DNA from: a virus
Taxonomy: Duplodnaviria > Heunggongvirae > Uroviricota > Caudoviricetes
Virus record (IMG/VR): IMGVR_UViG_2700989487_000004
DNA length: 15,506 nucleotides
Reading direction: 5' to 3' (one strand)
A program made the position numbers and the translations under genes. Positions 1-7,921 of the stretch are shown piece by piece. The notes under the pieces are model-generated. The model ran no database searches, was not told the origin of the DNA, and saw only the letters and a list, made by a program, of their open reading frames with translations. Positions within the stretch are counted from its first letter, which is position 1. Each line of letters starts with the position of its first letter.

Positions 1-553
1 TCATCCTGCGCATCCGGATATTAAACGGGCGCGGCGGCAGGTTATCCACCACCACCGAGGCCAGATACTGCGAGGTGGTTTTGCCCTTAATGGTGATGTC
101 TTTTTCCGTCACCCAGCCACCGTTACGCTGTATCTGAACCAGCAGGCGGACTTCCGATGGATTCCTGTCCCCCTTTGAGGTGGTTTCCACCAGTGCCTGC
201 ACACCGAAGGTAAAGCGCAGACGGTCGATGGTTGCCGACGTGATGGTCCGGGTGATCGGCGTATCATATTTCACTTCCGTACCCAGCACCGTCTCGGAGC
301 CGGAGGATTCAAACCCCTCCGGCGGTGACTGCTCCTGCTCACCTGCCCGGAACACCACCGTGACGCCGGAGATGTTGGTATTCCCCTCATTGTCCAGCAC
401 CGGCGTACTGTTCAGCAGCACGCTTTTTAATCCATCCACCGGACCTTCAACCGGCCCTTCACTGATGGCATCGATCACACTCAGCAACTGCGTGGACTTC
501 AGGTTGTCCTTCGCTTCGCGCGGGGTATGCCCCTTACTGCTGCCTTTACCCAT
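1..553 (-). CDS. J: Host specificity protein J (tail tip central fibre), N-terminal ~184 aa; the rest lies beyond the window start
   Basis: Minus-strand ATG at 551-553 translates MGKGSSKGHTPREAKDNLKSTQLLSVIDAISEGP..., which matches my recollection of the lambda J N-terminus; frame stays open to position 1; follows gene I as in lambda. Confidence 0.88.
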   Translation of the reverse strand, partial: MGKGSSKGHTPREAKDNLKSTQLLSVIDAISEGPVEGPVDGLKSVLLNSTPVLDNEGNTNISGVTVVFRAGEQEQSPPEGFESSGSETVLGTEVKYDTPITRTITSATIDRLRFTFGVQALVETTSKGDRNPSEVRLLVQIQRNGGWVTEKDITIKGKTTSQYLASVVVDNLPPRPFNIRMRRM

Positions 554-575
554 TCCTCACGCTCCATAAACGACA

Positions 576-595
576 AAACCGCCCGGAGGCGGTTT
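576..595 (-). terminator. Terminator-like hairpin between I and J (8-bp stem AAACCGCC/GGCGGUUU, loop UCCG, then UGUCGUUUAU)
   Basis: Inverted repeat read directly on the minus strand, followed by a U-rich tract; lies between the I stop (614) and the J start (553). Confidence 0.4.
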
Positions 596-613
596 CACAT
601 AAAACGTTTTTCA

Positions 614-1261
614 TCAGCGACCAATCACCACAACCTGACCACCATCACCTTCATCTGCCGTGCTGATCTCCTGAGATACCACCCGGGACCCCACGCGCAT
701 TTCGCCATACAGCACCGGCAGCGAATTACCCTGTGCAACCATATTATCTAGCGAAGAAAAATAGGTGTTCTGTTTGCCGTTATCCGTGCTGGTCGCTGTG
801 GGAGTTCTGGCTTTCGGTGCCAGCATCTGCGCCACTCCGCCCAGGACCATACTGGCCCCTGCCGCATACATGCCCGATACAGCCGCGGCACCCAGCCAGC
901 CCACAGGGTTCCACCATGCCACCGCAATCAGCGCCGCCCCAAGCACCACCTGAAACACACCGCCACTTTTAGCTCCCACCAGACGCGGCACGATGTGGAT
1001 CACGGCACCATTTGCCAGCGGCTCATTAAGACGGGCAGACAATTCGGTTTCACCAGCATCACGCCCGGCAATGCGTACCTGATACCAGCCGTCGCTCAGT
1101 TTCTGACGAAACGCCGGGATCTGTGTGGCCAGCGCCCGGATGGCTTCGGCCCCCGTTTTCACACGAAGGTCGATGCGGCGGCCAAATCGTTGCAAATCCC
1201 CGTAAAGGCAGATGCGTGCCATGCCCGGTGACGCCAGAGGGAGTGTGTGCGTCGCTGCCAT
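614..1261 (-). CDS. I: Tail tip assembly protein I (ubiquitin-like N-terminus)
   Basis: 215-aa ORF MAATHTLPLASPGMARICLYGDL...GGQVVVIGR resembling lambda gpI; ATG at 1259-1261 preceded by GAGAGAGG; a stop lies 11 codons upstream in frame, so no earlier start is possible; overlaps the K 3' end. Confidence 0.85.
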   Translation of the reverse strand: MAATHTLPLASPGMARICLYGDLQRFGRRIDLRVKTGAEAIRALATQIPAFRQKLSDGWYQVRIAGRDAGETELSARLNEPLANGAVIHIVPRLVGAKSGGVFQVVLGAALIAVAWWNPVGWLGAAAVSGMYAAGASMVLGGVAQMLAPKARTPTATSTDNGKQNTYFSSLDNMVAQGNSLPVLYGEMRVGSRVVSQEISTADEGDGGQVVVIGR

Positions 1262-1902
1262 TTGTCGGTATACCTCTCTCGTTTGCTCAGTTGTTCAGGA
1301 ATATGGTGCAGCAGCTCGCCGTCACCACAGTAAATGGCGGCATGATTCGGCACCGATGAACCAAAACAGCACAGCAGCACATCGCCCGGCTGCGCCGCTG
1401 ACAACGGCACCTGATACAGCCCTGTGGCCTCCAGATTATCCAGATAGAGATTCTGACCGTTACGCCACCAGTCATCCCCGCGATGAAAATCCGGCATCTC
1501 AATCCCCGCCAGATGATAAGCATCCCGAAACAGCGTGTAACAGTCCGTCACCCCGTGCTCAAAGCGACGCCCGGTGAGATGCGGCACACAGCGGAACTTG
1601 TGAATCTCACCCCGGCAGACCAGCCACCACGGCAAATCACTCTGCACCTGCAGCCGCCGGTCAGCCTCACTCAGCCAGGGCAGACCACCGGGATGACTGT
1701 GGACCAGTGCCACAATCTCACCCTGCATCTCTGCCTGCAGCCAGTCCTCCGGAGCCATCCGGAAATAATCCTCCGGCTCACCGGAAATATTCACGCAGGG
1801 AAAATATCTTTCCCCCTCCGGCGCTCTCACCACGAAGCCGCACGACTCCGCTGGCGCACATCGCCGGGCGTGCGCCAGAATCGCTGATTCTGTCTCTGTC
1901 AT
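1159..1902 (-). CDS. K: Tail tip assembly protein K (JAB/MPN metalloprotease domain + NlpC/P60 domain)
   Basis: ORF with JAMM motif HSHPGGLPWLSEAD (HxHx7SxxD) followed by an NlpC/P60-like Cys/His region (VTDCYTL ... NHAAIY); start placed at the internal ATG 1900-1902 (MTETESAIL), 4 nt after the L stop; the track's 5' extension to 1944 would overlap L. Confidence 0.8.
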   Translation of the reverse strand: MTETESAILAHARRCAPAESCGFVVRAPEGERYFPCVNISGEPEDYFRMAPEDWLQAEMQGEIVALVHSHPGGLPWLSEADRRLQVQSDLPWWLVCRGEIHKFRCVPHLTGRRFEHGVTDCYTLFRDAYHLAGIEMPDFHRGDDWWRNGQNLYLDNLEATGLYQVPLSAAQPGDVLLCCFGSSVPNHAAIYCGDGELLHHIPEQLSKRERYTDKWQRRTHSLWRHRAWHASAFTGICNDLAAASTFV

Positions 1903-1906
1903 GGGA

Positions 1907-2605
1907 TTACTGCGAAAGTTTGTTAATGGAAAGGAAGCCGCCAAAGTTGCCGACGTTATTGCGAAATTTACAGCCGCTCAGGCATTTGCTGCATTTATCC
2001 TTCGTGATATCGGACGTCGGCTGGTCATATTCATCCGCGACTGCCGGACCGTGATAACCGCACTCATCACCGCGATAGGTCCAGGTGCAGGTGTTGGCCA
2101 GCATGATACGTCCTGGAAAAACAGCGCCGTCCGTTTCCGTCGGCGTGGACAGTACAAAGGAGGCACTGACCGCGCTCAGTTCGCTGCACTGCTCGATGCG
2201 CCAGCGACTGATCACCTCCTGCTCCGGATCGGCGTCGCTGTTTCCGTTGACGAAGTTCACCGCATCCAGAAAACGGGCGTAAACCTTACGCCTGACCACC
2301 GTTCCGCCGACCAGACTCTGCATATCTTCCACCATACCGGTAACCATACCGTACAGGTTAGAAACCGTCAGTGTCGGACGGGCAGCACTGCCCTTGCCGT
2401 TCAGTTCAAATCCCGTCCCCTGAATGGGATACGCCTGATACTGTCGCCCCTGCCAGGTGACCGGCTCACTTTTTTCGTTCTGCTCATTACAGAAAAAATA
2501 ACGTTCTCCACCGACCTCTGTCAGATCGATTTCCCAGAGCACCATCTGGGCTGACTGAGTGAGGCGTGTCGTCTCATGATGTGTTTCCTGTGGAATATCC
2601 TGCAT
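1907..2605 (-). CDS. L: Minor tail protein L (tail tip, C-terminal Cys cluster)
   Basis: 232-aa ORF MQDIPQETHHETTRL...FGGFLSINKLSQ matching lambda gpL; AGGAG 7 nt upstream of the ATG; cysteine-rich C-terminus (CTWTYRGDECG...CSKCLSGC). Confidence 0.9.
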   Translation of the reverse strand: MQDIPQETHHETTRLTQSAQMVLWEIDLTEVGGERYFFCNEQNEKSEPVTWQGRQYQAYPIQGTGFELNGKGSAARPTLTVSNLYGMVTGMVEDMQSLVGGTVVRRKVYARFLDAVNFVNGNSDADPEQEVISRWRIEQCSELSAVSASFVLSTPTETDGAVFPGRIMLANTCTWTYRGDECGYHGPAVADEYDQPTSDITKDKCSKCLSGCKFRNNVGNFGGFLSINKLSQ

Positions 2606-2614
2606 CAGAGACTC

Positions 2615-2944
2615 CTATGCCACGACCTGTTCAAAATCTGCCGTTATGGTTACCCACAACGCCCCCACGCTTGCCGACCATTTACGACAAACCACCCTGA
2701 TCGGCTTCCAGTCATAAGGTGGCGTCCACTGAAATGCGCGGACGCCACCGTGCCGTTCCAGAAAGGCTTTTAAAGATGGGTGTTCACATTTACGAACACG
2801 TATCGTCACGCTGTAAATCGACAACTGGTTATTCAGTCCCGCCGCACGACGCTGTTCATAACCATCGCCCAGCTTCACTGTCACCACTTTCGGCTCTGAT
2901 ACCACATTCATATCCGGGCGCACTTTCCAGTGAAACGTCTCCAT
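2615..2944 (-). CDS. M: Minor tail protein M
   Basis: 109-aa ORF METFHWKVRPDMNVV...ADFEQVVA, same length and pattern as lambda gpM; its ATG overlaps the H stop (TAATG). Confidence 0.88.
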   Translation of the reverse strand: METFHWKVRPDMNVVSEPKVVTVKLGDGYEQRRAAGLNNQLSIYSVTIRVRKCEHPSLKAFLERHGGVRAFQWTPPYDWKPIRVVCRKWSASVGALWVTITADFEQVVA

Positions 2945-5900
2945 TACCGATATGCTCCACTTAACCGACCACCATCACGGGCCTGCTGTTGCATAAAATC
3001 CGCTGCCGCTTTTTTCCCAAGGTCATAAACCACCTTCAGGGCAGCCGGACCTATCTGCCCGTTCGTGCCATCGTTATTGATCTCGATGTTGTACTGCGGG
3101 GCAAACATCGCCATACCTGAACCACCAATATCCGCCACAACCCCCAGCTTACCGTCAGCACCACGACGCAGTGGCAGAATGGCTTCAGGTCCAGCTTCCC
3201 CCATCACACCCGCGCCTTTTGCAAAAGCAAAAAACGTCGGACGGTTAACCACCGTGCCACTGTAACGACTCAAATCAGCAGACTGATAAATCCCCCCATT
3301 GGCATTCAGGGAAAGGCTGCTGAGATCAAATCCCAGTACACTGCCAATCCCTTTTATCGATTTCATCATGGTTGCCTGCGCCAGGATTTTCGCCATATCT
3401 GACAGCACCGAAGAGGTGAAGGATTTGAAGTTGAGTTTGCCGGTAGTGACAAAAGTTGCCAGGCCATTTCCCATGTTGCTGAAGGCTGACGAGAACACCT
3501 GTTCTGCTGTTCCTGCCGTATTGTCTGCATCCACGGTAAAATCCTGAAATGCACGCAGGACTCCGTTTTTCCAGTTACCCTGCACAACTTCAAGCTGTTG
3601 CCAGTAACGGCGATTCTCATTCAGTTGTCGGTTCAGGCTCTCCGTCAGCGCCTGCTCGGCCTTTCTGTAGTCATCCGTGTTATATGTCCCTTTCTGCTCA
3701 CTATCCCGCCTCAACTGCTCCAGCTGTTGCTGGTTTTTCTGGCGAAGACTCAGTTGTACCTGATATCGCTGCCGCTGCTGATCACCCATACCCACCGTGG
3801 CGATATCCAGGTCATGTTGCTGACGCTGAGCGCGCTCTTCTTCAGCCAGTTGACTGGTCAGCTGAATTGTTTTTTTCTTCAGATCGTTGAGTGCCGTCTG
3901 TTTCTGAAGCTCCTGCTGTTTTACATCCAGCAGCATCAGTGCCTGAATCAGTTCATCTTTACGGGCCAGCACACTCTTTTCATCTGTCGTCAGTTTTTTC
4001 CCGTCCAGATCGCTGATGCGCTGCTGCAGAGCCAGAAGCTGTTTATGCGCTTCTGTCATCTTTTCAGTGGCAATGCCTGCTGACTGTCTTGCAGCAGCAA
4101 TCTGTCCTTCCACCTGTGCCTGTTGCTGACTGTACTGCAGCAATAACCGGGTGGCCTCATCATTACGGGTTTCGCGTGTTTTTTTCTTACCGGATGCCAG
4201 GGCTTTCTCGTAACGTTCATTTTCACGTTGTATCGCTGCATCCCTGACAGCCTGATCGGCGTACTGCATGGAATTAATACGCGCAATTTCACGCTGATGT
4301 CGTGCTGCTTCCGATTCATTCATCCGGTTCAGTGCAGCATTTTCAGCATTACGTCGTTTCTGTTGCTCCTGATAATTCCGCTCTGCCTGCTCTTTTGCAT
4401 CCTGCAAATCCTTCTGGCGTTTTTTCTCCTGAAGATCGTTAAGACGCTGCTGATCGTATTCAACCTGAGAAGATGATGCCGTCCAGGGGAGTCTTTTCGC
4501 CCGCGACACTTTCTCCTGTAAAGCGGCAATCTGTTCATCCAGCGAGTCTTCACGACCAATATTCATGGCCGCATCCCAGAAACGACTCCACAAATCAGAC
4601 AGATACTTCAGCGTACTGCCAAGCGCATTGAGGTTATTATCAATATCCGCAGTACGCCGACCGGTTTCCTCTGCCAGTGCAGACATGGCTATCCGTGCAG
4701 CATCACTGGACCGTCCCTGATCCCCAAGGACACGTATCTGCTCAAGCTGAGTGGCAGTAAGAAAATGCAGCTCATTGTCCAGAGCCTTCGCGGCATTTAC
4801 AGGATCATCCTTCAGCCGCTTAAACTGACTTATGGTATCGCTGACCGACTGGCCAACCGATCGCTCCATCTGTGCGGCAGCTCTCGCCACCATACCGATA
4901 TCGTTTCCACGAAATGCGCCACTCCCCACCACCTGAGCCAGCGCACCGGCTGCAGCATGTTGCGTGATACCATTCCCGGAAATAGCACGACTGAGCGTCC
5001 ACAGCTGCCCGGCAGTGACTCCGGCATAATGCCCCGTCAGCGACAACTGGCGGTTAAATTCTTCCCCCTCCTTCTGACCATCATACCAGGCTTTACCCAG
5101 ACCATAGACGGCCGCGGCAATACCGCCAATAACCCCGCCCAGCATCATGCCTTTCGGTGACATCAGTGTGTCTATCCATCCGGCACGGTTAGCCAGCGTT
5201 ATCCCGGATCCCCTCAGCGCACCTAAATTGCCGCGAACCAGTTCACCTATCAGAACGCCTATCTCCTGGCGGGCCGCTGCACTTTTCAGACCCAGCGAAT
5301 GCGTGGCTTTTCCTGCCTGCTCCATTTTGCGGATATACACTTCTGCAGCACTGCTTACCCCCAGCTGGGCAGCCTTAGCACGAAGCAACTCAGAAGAAGA
5401 AAGATTCTGGCGGGTTGCCTGCTCTTTAAGCTGACGGATAAACGCCACTTTCTGTCGGGTAGCCTCTGCCTCAGCCTGCGTAAGAACACGGGTTTTCGCC
5501 GTAACCTCAGAAATCAGCGCCAGATAATCCTGCTGACCAATCCCGCCACTGTTTCTAGCCTGTCGGATCTGCTGCTGAATACGCTGTAATTCCTGCAGCC
5601 CCGCACTGGCCTGTTTCACACTGTCAATCTGACGATAAAACGCGGCAGCCGCTTTATCCTGAGCCTCCGCCAGAGCCATGGCCTGCGCCTGTTCCTCGCG
5701 CATTTTCTGGCTCAGTGCCTCCATACGCTGGCGGGTTTGCTCCACCTCGCGGGCCATGCGTTCATGAGCCTGTGCGCTCTTCTCCACCGTCTGCGCATGG
5801 ACGGATGCGGCAGTTGCAGCCGAAGAAGCCGCCTGCATTGTCTGCCGGGCGGCCTGAGTCTGACGCTCCATAAAACGCTGCATACGGGCAGAAGACCGTT

Positions 5901-6009
5901 CTGCATCGCTGGCTGCACCATTCAGAAGGTTTTTGATACGGGGAATTTCATTTTTAAACTCTGCCGCATCAATCCCCAAATCAATGACCAGGTTGGCTAT
6001 CTGGTCCAT
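2944..6009 (-). CDS. H: Tail tape measure protein (gpH-like)
   Basis: ~1021-aa ORF, Ala/Gln/Glu/Arg-rich and coiled-coil-like, with a Gly-rich hydrophobic segment, directly downstream of G-T; start placed at ATG 6007-6009 (MDQIANLV) with GGAGG 8 nt upstream, rather than the track's 6039. Confidence 0.88.
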   Translation of the reverse strand: MDQIANLVIDLGIDAAEFKNEIPRIKNLLNGAASDAERSSARMQRFMERQTQAARQTMQAASSAATAASVHAQTVEKSAQAHERMAREVEQTRQRMEALSQKMREEQAQAMALAEAQDKAAAAFYRQIDSVKQASAGLQELQRIQQQIRQARNSGGIGQQDYLALISEVTAKTRVLTQAEAEATRQKVAFIRQLKEQATRQNLSSSELLRAKAAQLGVSSAAEVYIRKMEQAGKATHSLGLKSAAARQEIGVLIGELVRGNLGALRGSGITLANRAGWIDTLMSPKGMMLGGVIGGIAAAVYGLGKAWYDGQKEGEEFNRQLSLTGHYAGVTAGQLWTLSRAISGNGITQHAAAGALAQVVGSGAFRGNDIGMVARAAAQMERSVGQSVSDTISQFKRLKDDPVNAAKALDNELHFLTATQLEQIRVLGDQGRSSDAARIAMSALAEETGRRTADIDNNLNALGSTLKYLSDLWSRFWDAAMNIGREDSLDEQIAALQEKVSRAKRLPWTASSSQVEYDQQRLNDLQEKKRQKDLQDAKEQAERNYQEQQKRRNAENAALNRMNESEAARHQREIARINSMQYADQAVRDAAIQRENERYEKALASGKKKTRETRNDEATRLLLQYSQQQAQVEGQIAAARQSAGIATEKMTEAHKQLLALQQRISDLDGKKLTTDEKSVLARKDELIQALMLLDVKQQELQKQTALNDLKKKTIQLTSQLAEEERAQRQQHDLDIATVGMGDQQRQRYQVQLSLRQKNQQQLEQLRRDSEQKGTYNTDDYRKAEQALTESLNRQLNENRRYWQQLEVVQGNWKNGVLRAFQDFTVDADNTAGTAEQVFSSAFSNMGNGLATFVTTGKLNFKSFTSSVLSDMAKILAQATMMKSIKGIGSVLGFDLSSLSLNANGGIYQSADLSRYSGTVVNRPTFFAFAKGAGVMGEAGPEAILPLRRGADGKLGVVADIGGSGMAMFAPQYNIEINNDGTNGQIGPAALKVVYDLGKKAAADFMQQQARDGGRLSGAYR

Positions 6010-6310
6010 AACGCACACCTCCGGAAATACCTTCCCCAAGATGCATCAGTTCTTCGTCCGTTCGCTCCGGTATCCCGTTCTCTTCCGGTAAAAGGCTGAA
6101 ATCAGCCACCGCAGCATCACTGCTACCGGACACCATTCTCACGATCAATGCCTTCAGCGAGGCAAACTGCGCATCCATCCACACATCACTGAAGCTCTGC
6201 ATCCGGAAATAATCGCCCCACTCACCAAGCTCAGTGGCCGACATTTCCGACAGCATCCGCCGCCAGTCTGCCCGTCGGAACTCCCGGGCAAGCCGCATGA
6301 CAAACTGCAT
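5981..6310 (-). CDS. T: Tail assembly chaperone T segment, expected to be made only as a G-T fusion by -1 frameshifting near the end of G
   Basis: ORF in the -1 frame relative to G; that frame is open upstream to 6343 and so overlaps the last 8 codons of G; position between G and H as in lambda. Confidence 0.8.
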   Translation of the reverse strand: MQFVMRLAREFRRADWRRMLSEMSATELGEWGDYFRMQSFSDVWMDAQFASLKALIVRMVSGSSDAAVADFSLLPEENGIPERTDEELMHLGEGISGGVRYGPDSQPGH

Positions 6311-6318
6311 TTCCCGCG

Positions 6319-6705
6319 TCAGGACTTTTCCGGCGTCAGCGCCTCATGCTCATCATCCCCGGCATTATCAATGGTCCCCATACCGCTCAGCGACAGAACC
6401 ATCTCCGCCCCCGCACCCAGGGCATCATACGACCATGTTGTAATAACGGATGCGCAAAGCGTCTCTACATCCTTAGACTGATCCGCATTCCACAGTGAGC
6501 GGGAAACCAGCCAGGCATTGATATCCATCCCCATCCGCAGAAAAGCAATCTGTCGTTCAGCCTCCGGCAGTTCTCCCTCTTCGGCATCAAACTTTGCCGT
6601 TCGCTGCTGAACAAACGCCAGATATTCAATTCTCTGCAGCCCGGACAGCTCACTGAGCACCACGGACTGCTTTTCATAATTAAACGTGCCCTGTTTCAGA
6701 AACAT
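6319..6705 (-). CDS. G: Tail assembly chaperone G
   Basis: ORF MFLKQGTFNYEKQSVVLSELSGLQRIEYLA... ending ...TPEKS; start at ATG 6703-6705 (or 6706-6708) downstream of AGGTGGAG; the track's 6747 start is a TTG inside the upstream hairpin and was rejected. Confidence 0.85.
   Translation of the reverse strand: MFLKQGTFNYEKQSVVLSELSGLQRIEYLAFVQQRTAKFDAEEGELPEAERQIAFLRMGMDINAWLVSRSLWNADQSKDVETLCASVITTWSYDALGAGAEMVLSLSGMGTIDNAGDDEHEALTPEKS
6325..6331 (-). promoter_or_regulatory. Putative -1 programmed ribosomal frameshift slip site G-GAA-AAG joining the G and T frames
   Basis: Minus strand reads GCG CTG ACG CCG GAA AAG TCC TGA; the -1 frame is open only from 6343, so any shift into T must occur in this 25-nt window; the only A-rich slip candidate is GGAAAAG. 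Confidence 0.6.
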
Positions 6706-6721
6706 CATGTTCTCCACCTGC

Positions 6722-6745
6722 AAAAAAGCCCCGGATAATCGGGGC
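6722..6745 (-). terminator. Intrinsic terminator-like hairpin after V (GCCCCG-AUUAUC-CGGGGC + UUUUUUG)
   Basis: Perfect 6-bp GC stem followed by a U6 tract on the minus strand, 19 nt past the V stop and just before the G ribosome-binding site. Confidence 0.55.
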
Positions 6746-6765
6746 AAATGATGAGTATCGTCCTG

Positions 6766-7509
6766 TTAACCTGCGGCGCTGACAGCCACCGTAGCCACTG
6801 CCACAAAATCGCCGTCAGAAGTCATGCCCACAATGCTGACACTGCCCTGCTTCACGCCTTTCACCGTGGCCACAAGCCCGTTCAGGGTCACCGTGGCAGT
6901 CTGTGGATCTGTCGAATGCACACTGATCGCTTTGTCACTGGCTCCGTCAGGTTTTACTGTAAAGGTCAGCGTGGTGGTTGCTCCCACTTTTACACTGGCA
7001 GATGCCGGTGCCACCGTCAGCCCGGTAACGCCCACGGTTTCAGTGCCTTCTTCTGCCAGATACGGACGCCCCACACCGCTGATTTTCACTGTGCGGGTCA
7101 TCACGTCTTTTGAGGCAATGGTTTTACCCAGTGAACTCAGCCAGCCACGGAAAACATCAACAGTACCGTTGGGATATTTGATACGAAACGCGCAGACTTC
7201 ACCGGAGTCGAACAACTGAACCAGTTTTTTCTGCCCGCTGTCACCCGGACGCCAGGCCAGCGTCGCCGAAGTATCACCGACGGATTTCTGCCCCTGGGTT
7301 GTCGTTTTCCAGTCTGCATCTTCATCATCGAGATAAGTGTCATCTTCTGCATCAGCGGTCATTTCGCCAGGTTGCAGATCCTTCACCATCGCAAGACGCA
7401 GCCAGTCAGTGTCCGACAAAGGGTTCGCAAACGCATCGCCGTTGCCGGTATACATCCAGAACGTCGTCCCCGCACCTTTCGTCTTTGCCAGTGGATTTGG
7501 TGTGGTCAT
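6766..7509 (-). CDS. V: Major tail protein V with C-terminal Ig-like (Big_2-type) domain
   Basis: ORF MTTPNPLAKTKGAGTTFWMYTGNGDAFANPLSD... resembling lambda gpV; ATG 7507-7509 preceded by AAGGAGGTGG; Thr/Val-rich C-terminal region typical of an Ig-like domain. Confidence 0.9.
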   Translation of the reverse strand: MTTPNPLAKTKGAGTTFWMYTGNGDAFANPLSDTDWLRLAMVKDLQPGEMTADAEDDTYLDDEDADWKTTTQGQKSVGDTSATLAWRPGDSGQKKLVQLFDSGEVCAFRIKYPNGTVDVFRGWLSSLGKTIASKDVMTRTVKISGVGRPYLAEEGTETVGVTGLTVAPASASVKVGATTTLTFTVKPDGASDKAISVHSTDPQTATVTLNGLVATVKGVKQGSVSIVGMTSDGDFVAVATVAVSAAG

Positions 7510-7519
7510 TACCACCTCC

Positions 7520-7921
7520 TTAATTCGTGTACGTGATCTGGTACGTGATTTCCGCCATCGCCCAGGTGGCCATCTCATTATCACGTTGATAGTTAAAACC
7601 GAGTGGGATCAGGATGTCGATGAGTCCGGAAAGTGCCGGTACATCATTCAGGGCAGGGAAAATGGTGCTCTCCATCCACATATCCAGCTCTGAATCCGGT
7701 GCCTGTGCCCGGATGAAGACGGCAATATGCAGAACAGCCTGCCAGTCATCTTCATCCGTCATTTTTCCGGTGTACTGAGCATCACTCAGCCACACCGCCA
7801 CGGCAGGCAGTTCCTGCGCATCAATAAATGCCGGAAGCCCGTCAAAAAACGTGGCGCTGTCTCCACACTGTTCCCGAAGGCGTGCCAGTACGGCCTGGCG
7901 GATTTGTGTATGTCGGTTCAT
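7520..7921 (-). CDS. U: Tail terminator protein U
   Basis: ORF MNRHTQIRQAVLARL...ITYQITYTN resembling lambda gpU; start at ATG 7919-7921 overlapping the Z stop (ATGA); an alternative ATG at 7933 (MADPMNRH) is possible. Confidence 0.85.
   Translation of the reverse strand: MNRHTQIRQAVLARLREQCGDSATFFDGLPAFIDAQELPAVAVWLSDAQYTGKMTDEDDWQAVLHIAVFIRAQAPDSELDMWMESTIFPALNDVPALSGLIDILIPLGFNYQRDNEMATWAMAEITYQITYTN

Noticed and set aside
180-5160. Plus-strand ORFs of 60-217 aa (e.g. 180..569, 1901..2554, 3598..4083, 4765..5160) lying opposite J, L, K and H
   Set aside because: Each sits entirely antisense to a well-supported minus-strand structural gene. Their Leu/Ser/Pro/Arg-rich or very hydrophobic composition is what the reverse complement of Glu/Gln/Lys/Ala-rich coding sequence produces, and none has a convincing ribosome-binding site.
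3600-5900. Possible tandem repeats or CRISPR-like periodicity within the tape measure gene
   Set aside because: The repetition is at the amino-acid level (coiled-coil Gln/Glu/Arg/Ala heptads) and not exact nucleotide direct repeats; no regularly spaced identical repeats with unique spacers were seen.
6706-6747. ORF-track start of G at 6747
   Set aside because: Codon 6745-6747 is TTG and sits inside the terminator-like hairpin after V; the ATG at 6705/6708 has a ribosome-binding site and gives an MFLK... N-terminus.
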